Source of the DNA: Octopus vulgaris
Lineage: Eukaryota
Length of the DNA: 64,000 nucleotides
Direction: 5' to 3'
Assembly: GCA_951406725.2 (NCBI GenBank)
Contig: OX597820.1
Coordinates: 124,124,001 to 124,188,000 of the forward strand
Positions 13,758 to 26,926 of the stretch are shown piece by piece (the first letter of the stretch is position 1; every line of letters starts with the position of its first letter). The position numbers and the translations under genes were made by a program. The notes beneath the pieces were generated by a model. It was not told where the DNA came from. It saw only the letters and a list, made by a program, of their open reading frames with translations, and ran no database searches.

Positions 13758-14520
13758 AGAAAAAAGATATCACTAGAACGGTGGTCCAACACACATGATG
13801 TAATTAGCTGGTTCTCTAAAATTCAAAATAAAAGCAAGCATGAATTTTTACAGAGAGCCATAGATAACTACAATTCATCTTTAAACACTACTATATTAAA
13901 CAGTGCACTTATTTTCGCAAGAAAACATACTAAACTTACTATGAAATCAATCAACGTTATATTAAGAGCCCGTAGATTTACATTTACCTTCGACAATAAA
14001 TTATGGACCAGAAAAGATACTCCTAATTGTTTCGATATTACAACGGGCACGGCCGATCCCGCCCAAGTGACGGTTCTTGTATTTATATGTCTTCTTTCAA
14101 GTATGCATGAAGAACTGCCTAAACATCAGGGGGAGGATTTTACGAGAATGGTGCTCTTTTCATAGTTAAAAATGCTTCTAATAGGTGATTAGAAATAATT
14201 TAAAAACTAATTACAAATTCTAATAGGTGATTAGAAATAATAAGAAACTGATTAAAAAGATATGGTCAGTCTATTACCATCTAGAGATATAATAACTCTA
14301 TAATTCTTTTGAATGTTAACTTTATTTTAGTAACTGGTTTACGTGAACCTTCTAGAAAACCTAGTTCCAACTTAAGTTACATAAATCGATAAAAAAGCAC
14401 GTTAGTAAAGTAACGAAATATCTATTTTTGAATGAAGATATATTCAATAAATATGCCAACCACTAAAATATAGCCTTATTTAACGCTGGATATAAAAGTA
14501 AAATATGAAACGGCATATTA
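13758..14520 (+). mobile_element. Penelope-like retroelement RT fragment (possibly Naiad-type)
   Basis: ORF 13734-14165: WSNTHDVISWFSKIQNKSKHEFLQRAIDNYNSSL...FDITTGTADPAQVTVLV resembles the PLE RT pattern WKNT..VI.WF..I..K...F.QFDI..FYPSI...FDVTMGS.DGAEVCELVG. The clade assignment is tentative. Confidence 0.7.
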
Positions 14521-14939
14521 ATAAGATGAATATAAATAAATACAAACAAAAAATGTTCTTAATTTCATTTTCAATGATTGTAAACCATAATTTAAATTTT
14601 TATAGCCTGAAATACCCTATCCGAACCTTGAAACGAGAAACACATTTCACATATTCATGTAGAAATATATGTATCTTCAATATCTTAAATAACTACTTTG
14701 CTTACTTCGAAAGTAATATTACATGTACATACTCCTCAAATTCCATAGCTACAATATTAATAATATAAAGTTCCCAGCAACCTATCTTCTACCTAACTAA
14801 TAAGTATTTGACCTATATACCTAATTCTATTATTATTACATTACAATTAATTTCTAACACTATAACAACTAATTTCTACTGATTAACATACTGTACAATT
14901 AATGATTGATTATCTAATACTATTTTATTTTAAATTCTC

Positions 14940-15210
14940 TTTTATCTTTTACTTGTTTCAGTCATTTTGACTGCGGCCTTGCTGGAGCACCGCCTTTAGT
15001 CGAGCAAATCGACCTCGGGACTTATTCTTGGTAAGCCCAGTACTTATTCTATCGGTCTCTTTTGCCGAACCGCTAAGTGACGGGGACGTAAACACACCAG
15101 CATCGGTTGTCAAGCAATGCTAGGGGGACAAACACAGACGCACAAACACACACACACATACATATATACATATATACGACAGGCGTCTTTCAGTTTCCGT
15201 CTACCAAATG
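14940..15210 (-). mobile_element. CORE-like SINE family, 3' two-thirds
   Basis: cttttacttgtttcagtcattttgactgcggcc...gccgaaccgctaagtgacggggacgtaaacacacc...ttcagtttccgtctaccaaat. Colinear with 35265-35650 and with tails at 21.1, 54.0 and 62.9 kb. Confidence 0.85.
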
Positions 15211-15395
15211 GAATTGCTATACTTGATAGTTTTTATCCGATATTTTCCACATAACCGTTTTCATTTACTATTCTGAAAAATCTTCAAATCAAGATATATA
15301 GTTCTATATTTAAGAGATGAGGAATTATTTAAATTATTTAGATTATTTTCATTACTTACACTCGACGGATATTTGTCCTCGTTTTGCTTGTTGTT

Positions 15396-15441
15396 AACAC
15401 AACGTTTCGGCTGATATACCCTCCAGCCTTCTTCAGGTGTC
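15396..15441 (-). ncRNA. Minimal type I hammerhead ribozyme
   Basis: Minus strand: gacac CTGAAGA a ggctg-gagggtatat-cagcc GAAA cg TT gtgtt. Stem I gacac/gtgtt, stem II ggctg/cagcc, palindromic minimal stem III (AACGTT), predicted GUU cleavage triplet. Confidence 0.75.
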
Positions 15442-15493
15442 TTGGAGAAATTTCGAACCTGGGTTCTCATTCCTAAGGTATTTTTCGATGTCG

Positions 15494-15903
<410 letters not shown>

Positions 15904-15924
15904 TCACTGCTTGGAATCGAAATC

Positions 15925-16033
15925 GGCGATATGGCGTAGTGATTAAGAGCGCGGGCTACTAACCCCAAGATTCCGAGTTCTGTTCCAGGCAGTGACCTGA
16001 ACAATAATAATGATGAGTCGAAAGCATAGTACC
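15925..16033 (+). mobile_element. tRNA-derived head of the same element, inverted and 3'-truncated
   Basis: ggcgataTGGCGTAGTGATTAagagcgcggg-ctactaa-ccccaagattccGAGTTCTGTTCCaggcagtgacctgaacaataataat. It has A box, anticodon-like arm and B box. Its 3' part matches the reverse complement of 15898-15926. Confidence 0.8.
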
Positions 16034-16395
16034 TAATAACTTAACGGTACATCTTTTTTACACCTCTGAAGAGATTTTGTCTATTATAATGATTTAATTA
16101 TTGGTATTTGATCTTTTTCTCTTAATTGAAACAGGTGTGAGAGAATGTGTTGGAATTTTGCAGATAATAAAATTGTATTAATGATATATCTCCATTTCTA
16201 AAGTTATCTTTTGAATTTGTATTAACCATGATTTATATTTTTGCCTACTATATTATGAATATCATTATTAACAAAAAATATTAGGTATTGAACCAGTGAT
16301 TCCTTGGCTATTACTATCCCTTAATTAGGCTACTTTAACGTGTCTTTCTTTCTTTCTTCCTTCCTTTCGTTTTCTCTCTCTCTCTTTCTCTCTCC

Positions 16396-16448
<53 letters not shown>

Positions 16449-16470
16449 TATATATATATATGCATGTATG

Positions 16471-16514
<44 letters not shown>

Positions 16515-16515
<1 letters not shown>

Positions 16516-16660
16516 ATAGGGAAGAAATTTGTTTTGTACCACAGGGTAGAAACATGGAAAAGATAGAAGTTGAAAATACATCGTGAATAGCTAAATTTTT
16601 GTTTTATCATATCTAAAGACTTAACTGGTTTCACTATTGACATTGATTTCCCAAAGTCAA
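16515..16660 (-). mobile_element. Inverted PLE pseudo-LTR copy with decayed hammerhead
   Basis: Reverse complement resembles 19052-19190 (aaatt(t)agctattcacgatgtattttcaactt vs aaattaactattcccagtgtattttcaactt). Contains gactt...GAAAccagTTaagtc (16658-16618). Abuts (TA)n. Confidence 0.55.
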
Positions 16661-16801
16661 TATAGAAAAACGTGTTTCATTCTGTAACTGTCTTGCTCCT
16701 GACTTGTTTTAGAAGATTGTCCCATTTTTGTAGGGAATAAATGACGTAAAATAGTATGTTTTGTTAAAGACTTGTTTACCAGAAGATAGTCACTAGAGGG
16801 T

Positions 16802-17105
16802 TTTTGTTTGTTCCTTCTCGAGCGATGCCTGGCTTATAAGGGCCGATTTCCCGGTTTCCTTGGCGTATGGGTTCACCACCTGGACGGGACGCCGGTCCGT
16901 CGCAGGTGAGCTGCAAGATGCAGGAGGAAAGAGTGAGAGAAAGTTGGGGAGAAAGAGTCAGCAGAAGTTCGCCATTACCTTCTCCCGGAGCCGCGTGGAG
17001 CTTAGGTGTTTCGCTCGTAAACACACACATCACCCGGTCTCAGATTCGAACTCGCGATCCCTCGACAGCGTGTCCGATGCTGTAACGACTAGGCAATGTG
17101 CCTCC
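16802..17105 (-). mobile_element. tRNA-derived SINE with V-domain-like core
   Basis: Minus strand: head ggaggcacattgcctagtcgttacagc...gagttcgaatc (B box) and core cctgcgacggaccggcgtcccgtccagg, similar to the V-SINE domain. Confidence 0.75.
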
Positions 17106-17479
17106 ACACATGAAGGCAGTTTCCTCGCTACGTCTTTATGTTAATGGGCAGTGTTAATGTTTGGCATCGTAAGTTTAATATGTCACGGTTGAATGAACAT
17201 GTCTAGTAACAATACGAATCAAACAATTCTCTGAATGTTTCCGGTAAATTGTTTTAGAGAATGAACTCGTGATTAAATTTAGAACCTTTTGCACGTTTTC
17301 CTCTACGTCCGTGTGTTGGTGTCATGTGATAGTATATTTTGCGTCGAAAATGAAAGCCGACACAGTCGAGCAGACAGAATTGAAAACGTTTTTGAATTCG
17401 ATGACACTATATTTACAAACAAATATCTGTGGCTGCGACAAAAGATGCTTAATGATAATATATACAAACAAATACCTAC

Positions 17480-19193
17480 GGTTGCAACAAAAGTTGCTCC
17501 GACTACGCCAATCTAGTCATGGCATAGGCAATAATATCAGCTTCACCATGAAATGCAGTAATATTCAGGTACCATTGGTGGATATACTAATCATCAAAAT
17601 AGATAAAAGCATTGAAACAGATATTCACTACAAACAAACAAATTGTAAACAACTCCTACTGTTCTACTCATGCAATCCTAAACATAATATTCCATTTACT
17701 CGAACCTGCATAGTTTCTTAAACTATGTAAGTCGAAATAGATGACTCTGGGAGTTAATAAACGACTCCGGGAATTAATAGATGTCTCAATGGATTTACAA
17801 CAAATCCTATTTAAAGGAATATTACCATTAATGCTGATAGACAACGGTATAGCAGTGCCAAAACAGATATTGAAGAACTACGAAAAACAAAGAATCCTCC
17901 ATATACATGCAATATCCTACCGTTTATTACAACACATAACCCAAAAAACACAGAAGCTTAGAACATTATCCATCAGAAATTTCCACTACTAAGACAAGAC
18001 CCAAAAAGGAAACAAGCATTCGAAATAGACAAAATAATCAAAAGCCGAAGAGAATCAATGCCTATCCAAAATTTCCTCACCCGCGCTTACTACCTTCTAC
18101 AATTCCCACACTAACAGCGAAAGAGTGTGGCTGACCCAGTTGCTGGACTTATTGAAGACAACACAAATTCAAATTCGGACAAACCTCTATCATGAAAAAA
18201 TAATTTTAGGTATTCGTCAAAGAATTTAATATACGCTATAAAACGTCAAAAATGTAACGCAGATTACACAGGTCGAACAATGCGTACTCTCAGAAATAGG
18301 CTGACCATCCTCGGATAACAAATATGAGACTTAAGTACTAGACAGATTCCACTGAGTAGACATATAGTCATATGTGTAAAAAGTAAGCTCATCAAATTCC
18401 AGTTCATCACATTCTAAATTGATTAGGGAATATTAGAAATGAAGCACGAATAAGCAAAGAAAACACATTCATGCAAACATACAAACCATTACTTAACAGA
18501 CTTTAATAGAGAACATACGCAAATATCCATATGCAAAATTCATTCTGCCACTTAACACGAGGAATCTACACAGCTAACAGCCCAAACTTTAGCCTTTGGA
18601 CTACTTAAAAACGAAAACTCTCTACTATCATACCTGGCACATGAAATTCAGAATGCCTTGACTTTAACTAAATATGTTCACTCGACGTTGTCGGGCTTAA
18701 TTTTAGTACAAAATATACTATCACGTGATAATATCGCATGGATCTAGCAGGAAACATAAAAAAAGTTCTAAACTTAACCACACGATCATTCTCTACAACA
18801 CTTGACAGAAAACATTCATAGCATTCATCGATCGGTACTGTCACTACCCCTGGTCACTCAATCGTGTCAGCCTTAACTTACGACGCCAAACACAAACACA
18901 CGGACGTAGATGGGGACGTAACACAATTTATTGGGTCTCCATCTCTACAAGTCAATTTCTATCAAGAACACAGGAAAATATAGGAAAAGCTCCAAGCACT
19001 TGCCAGAAGCAAGAGAGTTGCGACGGCATAACCCACATCTTTTGTAAGTCATTGTTGACTGCGAAGGCGATTAAATTATTGCATATAATAAAAAAAATTA
19101 ACTATTCCCAGTGTATTTTCAACTTTTTTTCTGTATTTCAAATATTTTTCTGTATTTCTATTACCGAGGAACAAAATAAGTGTTTTATTATAC

Positions 19194-19195
<2 letters not shown>
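17480..19195 (+). mobile_element. Penelope-like element remnant (RT C-terminus, GIY-YIG endonuclease, 3' pLTR)
   Basis: NISFTMKCSNIQVPLVDILIIK..IETDIHYKQTNCKQLLLFYSCNPKHNIPF (PLE RT/thumb). KNLIYAIKRQKCNADYTGRTMRTLRNRLT at ~18220-18306 (GIY-YIG). Ends in (TA)n. Confidence 0.85.
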
Positions 19196-19261
<66 letters not shown>

Positions 19262-19792
19262 GTGTGTGTGTGTGTATGTGTGTGTATGTGTGTGTTTTTG
19301 TGTGTATTTGTATATATATATATATATATATATATACAAATACATATAGGTATATATATATACACATATGTGTAGATATAAATATACACATATATACATA
19401 TGTGACGTGCGTGTATACATTCATATATATGTATGTGTGTACACACACATATATGTAAATGTATATAGATAGATAGATAGATATATGGTCGCACACAATA
19501 AAATGTATTATATATATATATATATATATATATGAATCTCCCACTATGTATATACTTGTAGATAAAGTTGCGCATGTATATATGAATTTTGATATAAACG
19601 TATTTATGTAGTTTTCGAAGTTAATTCATGTTTCAAAGACAACCATCCTCTGTCTGTGTCTGTAAGTATGTAAGATTTTGTGGTGAGTGCGCTTCTGTGT
19701 GAACGTCTGTTTCGGTGCAATTATTGAAGTATTTGTTTATAAACTATAGAATTAAAACAGGAAATACACACACACTCACGCACACACGCACA

Positions 19793-19883
<91 letters not shown>

Positions 19884-20770
19884 ATGTGTGTGTATGTGTA
19901 TACATGCATATATATATATACATATACATGTACATATACGCTTATATTTACACGCTCACCTACACACACACGTACACGCGTACGTACATACACACACATA
20001 TATATATTTATGTCTGTATATATACATGTATATATACATACATATATATATATATATGCCTGTATATATGTCCACATTACACTAGGTTTCGGATATTTTA
20101 CAAAGTTATATAAAACAAAAAGCAATGAAAAATATATCCTTAGAAACTTCTGTGCTGCAATTTCAACTAAAAACGTAAATAAGTAAAGAGAAATTATATT
20201 TGCAGAAGATTAAGAAACGAAATATAAACATATAATAAATTAAACTTGTTGGAGAAATCCCTCTTGAATTCTTTGCAATTTGAATAATTTGAATCTTACT
20301 TGAGACGATAAAATCATATATTAATATATTCAAACATAAAGACTAGCAAAAGCGTTTAAAATATGTAATGGTTCTTATAAACTGCTATTCAAAGAAATGA
20401 ATGGCACAAACTGTGATAGAATCGTTGGTAACGTTGATTTAATGCCATAAGCTTGCGTATAGAATATAATGCCCCCTCCCCCCACATAATCAAATTTACA
20501 TACGAATGCATACAGATAAACACATATACATGTATGCAGATATATGTTGTATAATTCCCTCCCCCACACATATATTCCTATTATATATACATCAGTATAT
20601 AAGCAACTATACAAATATAGCTGTATGCATATACACACACGCTTTTACACTCGTATATATATATATATCGATATCTATCTATCTATCTATATATATAAAT
20701 ATATATATTTATATATATATGTCTGTATATATATACATATTCATATATGGGTAAATATGTATATGTATAT

Positions 20771-20852
<82 letters not shown>

Positions 20853-20853
<1 letters not shown>

Positions 20854-21055
20854 ATTGGGTACACTTGCAGCATTATTTTGGATAGGTACTATCCATTAGT
20901 TTTAGTTGGTTGACTTTCTAAATCTCACAGAAATATGTATATATTCTTTTAGAATTAGAGGTTAAGAAAGCAACCAACTAAGGTATAGTACCTATCCAAT
21001 ATACTGCTGGTAGTGTACCCAGTTATTCATACTCAAAAGAGAACGTTGTTTTTAT
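20853..21055 (+). mobile_element. Fold-back element in TA/CA microsatellite
   Basis: aattgggtacacttgcagca...ttggataggtactat...ttagttggttgactttct (20853-20919) is inverted at 20965-21024, followed by a short unique tail. Confidence 0.65.
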
Positions 21056-21129
21056 ATATACATGCATACGCCTGAAACACATGTAGCGAGCTTCAGTCCA
21101 TCTGTGTTATTATATGTATGTAGGTGTGT

Positions 21130-21285
21130 GTGTAGTCTTCGTGTCTATGTTCGTTACATCCCCATCGATTAACAACGTAGCAGTTTACCAAAGGAGACGT
21201 ATAGAGTAACCAGCAGGCTTAACCGAAGTAAATGCTGCGTTTGTCTCATTCGACTGAAAATCTTCAAGACTGTAATCCAGCATGG
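21130..21285 (+). mobile_element. Degraded CORE-like SINE tail
   Basis: gcagtttaccaaaggagacgtatagagtaaccagcaggctt...ttcgactgaaaatcttcaagactgtaatccagcatgg matches the family 3' region. Confidence 0.5.
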
Positions 21286-22132
21286 AATTCTACTTCTCTG
21301 TCTCGTTTTCTCTGGAGACACCGTAAATTCCGAGACAAAACACCCAGCATCAAGTGGACTGTTGTCGACAAAGCGGCACTATATTCACACTTCCACACCA
21401 AATGCTAGATCTGCCTCCACGAAAAACCCTTCCAGCAGTCCACACTATCCATCAATAAGAAATAAGGCTTATCTTACTGCTGCAGAAGTATTCCGTTCTG
21501 GTAAATTTCTGCCGTCAACTCGGACACACCACATTAGTACCAGTTGCTACTCTGCACCTTTAGCACCAAGCTCACTACAACCAACCAACCCCATGAACAG
21601 GACAGCAAATTACGAATTCCCAACGCTCACCAATCTCCAAAGCTTGTTAGGAGCATATATGCCCATGCATGCGTGCTAGTGAGTATGCATATGCATGCTC
21701 ATGCCTGTGCGCTTGCATGTGCGTATGTTTGTGCGTATGTTTATGTGCCGCGCAAGCATTTTCGTTCATATATGTATGTGTGTATGAGTAGGCGTACTAG
21801 TGCACGCCCATGTACAGTGTGCACGATCGCATCAATACAGAAACTCCAGCAGAAACCATATGAGCAAGTCTACACATCTACATATGCAAGTATACACTTG
21901 CACATGCCGCTCCTTCGTACTCCCCTTCCAACAAACTGAACGATTTCCCATCCACCAAGCAATCGATTGACAGTTCAACCTGTGGTAATTTCCAACTTAC
22001 AGTTACTCCTATACTAACCTCAACCGGTAATAACAATGAACTTTTGTCATTGAAATTGAAATGGCTGAAGTCTGTTATCACTCTTGAAACTCAAGTGAAC
22101 CAACGAATTTGATTCAAACTGTTTTGATCCAT

Positions 22133-22191
<59 letters not shown>

Positions 22192-22285
22192 CGCACACGC
22201 ACACACTAACACATGTATTTGCATACATAATTATATAAACTAACACCGATTCACTCATAGACAAATATGTTTCTATGCGTTAATC

Positions 22286-22360
<75 letters not shown>

Positions 22361-24862
22361 ATATGTATGTATATTTTCAACGCTGGTAGAACCGTATATA
22401 TAGGATAAAATGTTTTAAGAGCAGAAACATTTGTCGGCAAACAGCATATATATATATAAACACAGCATATGATGCGAGTATGTTAGACTGTATTTTGAAA
22501 ACGTCTGGTGTTTCAGTGCTATCTTCAAGTTTCAGGCAGTGGCCACATGGTACAAAACTCTTAAAATGAGACGATAGGGTGTGAGAAAAGCTAGAAAATA
22601 TGAGGAAGACTTTGATATAAAATGTAGAGGGTTGGAAAAACTTCAAAACGATAAAGAAATCTGAAGGAAGCAAAGGGGCGTGAATTAGGGTCATCTCCTC
22701 TTTGACGTTAACGTATGAAGCTGAAAACATAATGGATGTTCAATCTGGAGAGGGTGGTACTTTTCAAATCGTCCACAGGATCTTAGCCATATGCTTACAA
22801 CCACTGAAAATTTCAGATCTAGACTTTAGCATTGTGTTGAAATTCTTAGATCTGGAAAATATCTTAGTTTATTCAGCTACGAATAGTGTACGTGTTTTTA
22901 ATCCGTTAACATATGGTATGGAAGTTTCAATTATTTTCTATATTATTCTATATGGATTGGCGTTTGAGTTGAAACACCATCCATGGCTAGCCAACTTAGT
23001 TGCCTTGCTTTTGTCCTTGTGTAGGAAGATTTCTTTTGTCCGACACACACATACACACGCCCACGCGCACTCGCACACATACACACATACACGCACGCGC
23101 GCACGTCACACATATGTATTAACTGATAGATAAGAACAAATTATTCTGGTGAGTGCAGTTCGAGCACCATCATCTGGTTTATATGCATTCAATATATTGT
23201 TTTTTTTTTACGGCATTGAGAATCTGGATATGAAGATGGAATAAATAGATGTTCGACTTTATACATCATAAAACTTAAAACCACCACCCGGTAATAACGT
23301 GGTTTTCCGCAAATATGCAGATCAGTGTTCGGTTTTGAAGAAATCTTGCTAGCTTCTCGCTTATCCTCAGTAATTCAGTAACCTTTCATGGGCACTGACC
23401 TTCTCTGTTCCCGACCGAATGAAACAATGCATAAAATGTAATAATGTATAGTTTCATATGCACCATATTGAATTAAAGGCACGTTTCAGACGATTAGTCC
23501 TTCCTACTCTTAAAGGTGCCATTGTGTGTAATTAAAGAAATACTGCGTGTAATTTATGGAAGAAAGTTATACGATGCACAGGACACTCACTGGAATGTTT
23601 AATCAAAAATGATTATGTTAACGTATCAATTTAATTAGGGAATCACTAGAATATCTATTATGATTTGGTTGGTTCGCTTTTATTGCATATATTTAAGTTG
23701 AAGCTGGAGGAAAATAAAATGAAAATCTCCATGATGAGAATTGGGTAAACACAGTTATTGAAATTAATTAAATATAATTTAAATTAATTATGCATCACAA
23801 TTATGTAATTATATATCTGGTAGTTTTCATCTTGATGAAACAGCCGTTAAACACAATTAAAGTAGAAACGAAATTTATGCTTTTCTCTTTTTATGCTAAA
23901 TAGGTAAGAAATAATTAGAGTATTTATGCTTTTTTAGCATAAAAGTATAACAGGCTTATGATTTTAGAACTACTACAGCAATTTTTCAGTTTTACATTTT
24001 ACATCAGCAAAAGCTCAAATTCTTTCATTTATGCACGTCCCCTTACAACCTGTACATTCTTAATGCGAAAACCAACACCGGATACCACCCATTTCTAAAT
24101 AATCTTTATTGTTCTAAGGTATTTTACAATATGATATTTAAAAAAAATATCCTATTCTCACTAAATTAGATTTTTGCAATTCACTAACGTCAGCTTTGGA
24201 ATTCTAACAACGGTTTTGGTGTCAACAAAATGACAGGTTATTCTCCATCCTGTGTTTTACATATAAAACTCTGCTTTATGTGGTAATGTCGATAAAATAT
24301 TTTTGAACCGCGCTGTAAATTAAGAGAGAATCGACGATTATACTATCACCTATAGCGGTTGACATGATAGTGATGGTGATTTTCTTTTATTTATTTCTTA
24401 CAAATATTTTATTTTGAGTAATTACTTAATGTGATAATCTGTTCATTTTAGATTATCATTTTATTTCCATTGTGCATAGAGCGCCTCAATAAATTGTTGG
24501 CCCTACAATACATTAACTTAATTAAAACAAGTTAATTCATTATTCTTTTTTAATTTATTGACTATCTAATTTACTCTCTTCCCATGAACGTAATCTAATA
24601 TTCTACATGACACAAGTGGATGTTAGATGAAAGGCTTCACAGTTTGGATAAGAAAAAAAGGTAGGTGAGACACGAGACTTTACATCTGGAATGACTTACA
24701 AAATTTGGAAAATAATGTGCTGTTTCTCCTTGAAACATTCGTAAGTATTAGGTGACACATTTTTTAATGAGAATATAGTACAAATATATTGTAGAATATA
24801 TTTCAGTGGTTCTGCTCTCAGATACACTTATATATATACACGCACACAAACACACACACACA

Positions 24863-24911
<49 letters not shown>

Positions 24912-24928
24912 GACACACACACACACCC

Positions 24929-24961
<33 letters not shown>

Positions 24962-24963
<2 letters not shown>

Positions 24964-25084
24964 GCAGTATAACCCGACTTTGCCCGGGATTAATTTAGGA
25001 TTATTAGGCTACTCAAGTTCTTTATTTCAAACCAAGCTAAGTAACATCGACGTCAAATTTGAGCGAAATCCGTTGAAATTGGTT

Positions 25085-25123
<39 letters not shown>

Positions 25124-25190
25124 GTATGTATATGGACGACACATACACACGCACATGCAGCCTCGTAATGTTTTTTTGTATGCGTATATC

Positions 25191-25236
<46 letters not shown>

Positions 25237-25558
25237 CGCGCGCGCGTGTACGTCTGTGTGTATTCCCCGTATATCAACAGAACGCTTTTTTCCTCGATGG
25301 AAAAAAACAACAAATGTCTTAAGAAAAGTTGCCCGTCGCTAGAAGGGGACTTAACTCCTGTTTGCAAAGAGGTGATTTCCCTAAGTTGAAATTGTTAATG
25401 GTTTTGGTCGAACATTTATTTTTTACTGGTACTCGCTCGCTCTCTGGTAAAAATAGAGTTACGGTCGTGACGAATATCCGCCAAAAATTGGAGCGACGGG
25501 CATTCTAATTTGTGGACGTGCATAAATTACAGTCACGTACATACACACACACATCCTG

Positions 25559-25563
<5 letters not shown>
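24962..25563 (+). mobile_element. Non-autonomous Helitron/Helentron-like (DINE-1/HINE-type) element with internal microsatellites
   Basis: 5' tagcagtataacccgactttgcccggg, internal caaatttgagcgaaatccgttg, 3' acatacacacacacatcctgccttata, inserted in (TA)n. A similar 5' motif occurs at ~10845-10875. Confidence 0.55.
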
Positions 25564-26077
<514 letters not shown>

Positions 26078-26079
26078 TG

Positions 26080-26650
26080 GTTGTCCGACTACGACTTGTA
26101 CTTACACCTTAGATCCATGATGGCGGCTGATGTGGCTTCTTAAACCAGACAAGGTATTGAAAAGACACCCATATCTGATTTAGACCACCATAAGCTGCAG
26201 TTCAGTTCTGAACATTATGGTGATTAAAATGTCTTTCGAGGCCTTCGCTAGGTTTGCCTACGTTATGACCTAACACGGCATTGAAAAGTGTGCAAAGATA
26301 TATAAACAGAGTAGTTGGTAGAATTCCGTTTACATGGATCCGCAAATGAGGTCTGAGTTCAGCAGAAGAACGGCATGGTCTGTCACAGCTTGTGCACGCA
26401 AAAAGTTCGCTGAGATTTACATTCTCATTGATTGCAACAATGTTCTTTGAATCTCTTTTGAATCTTCGTCTCTTCAAAAGCTTTCACTCCATTCGACACT
26501 TTTGATCGCCATCCATTTCGGTCAGAAGCAAAGATTTCTATGACCTTTGCGTCCATTCCAAGTAATTTCATGGTAGTTCTTATGACGTTCATGTACCTCT
26601 TTCTATGTTTACACCGATAGTGATTCCCCTCTGCAAGCTAACCATACAAA
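26080..26650 (-). mobile_element. RTE-clade LINE 3' end fragment
   Basis: Minus strand: ...LAEGNHYRCKHRKRYMNVIRTTMKLLGMDAKVIEIFASDRNGWRSKV, then FACTSCDRPCRSSAELRPHLRIH (C-terminal C2H2 finger typical of RTE). Confidence 0.75.
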
Positions 26651-26667
26651 TATATATATGTATATAT

Positions 26668-26926
<259 letters not shown>

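Noticed and set aside
15925-16000. Functional tRNA gene
   Set aside because: The acceptor stem does not pair, the B box is mutated, and it is fused to an AAT spacer. It is a SINE head.
22377-23133. ORFs 22377-22730 and 22702-23133
   Set aside because: Non-ATG starts, no recognisable domain, and they run into or end next to microsatellite.
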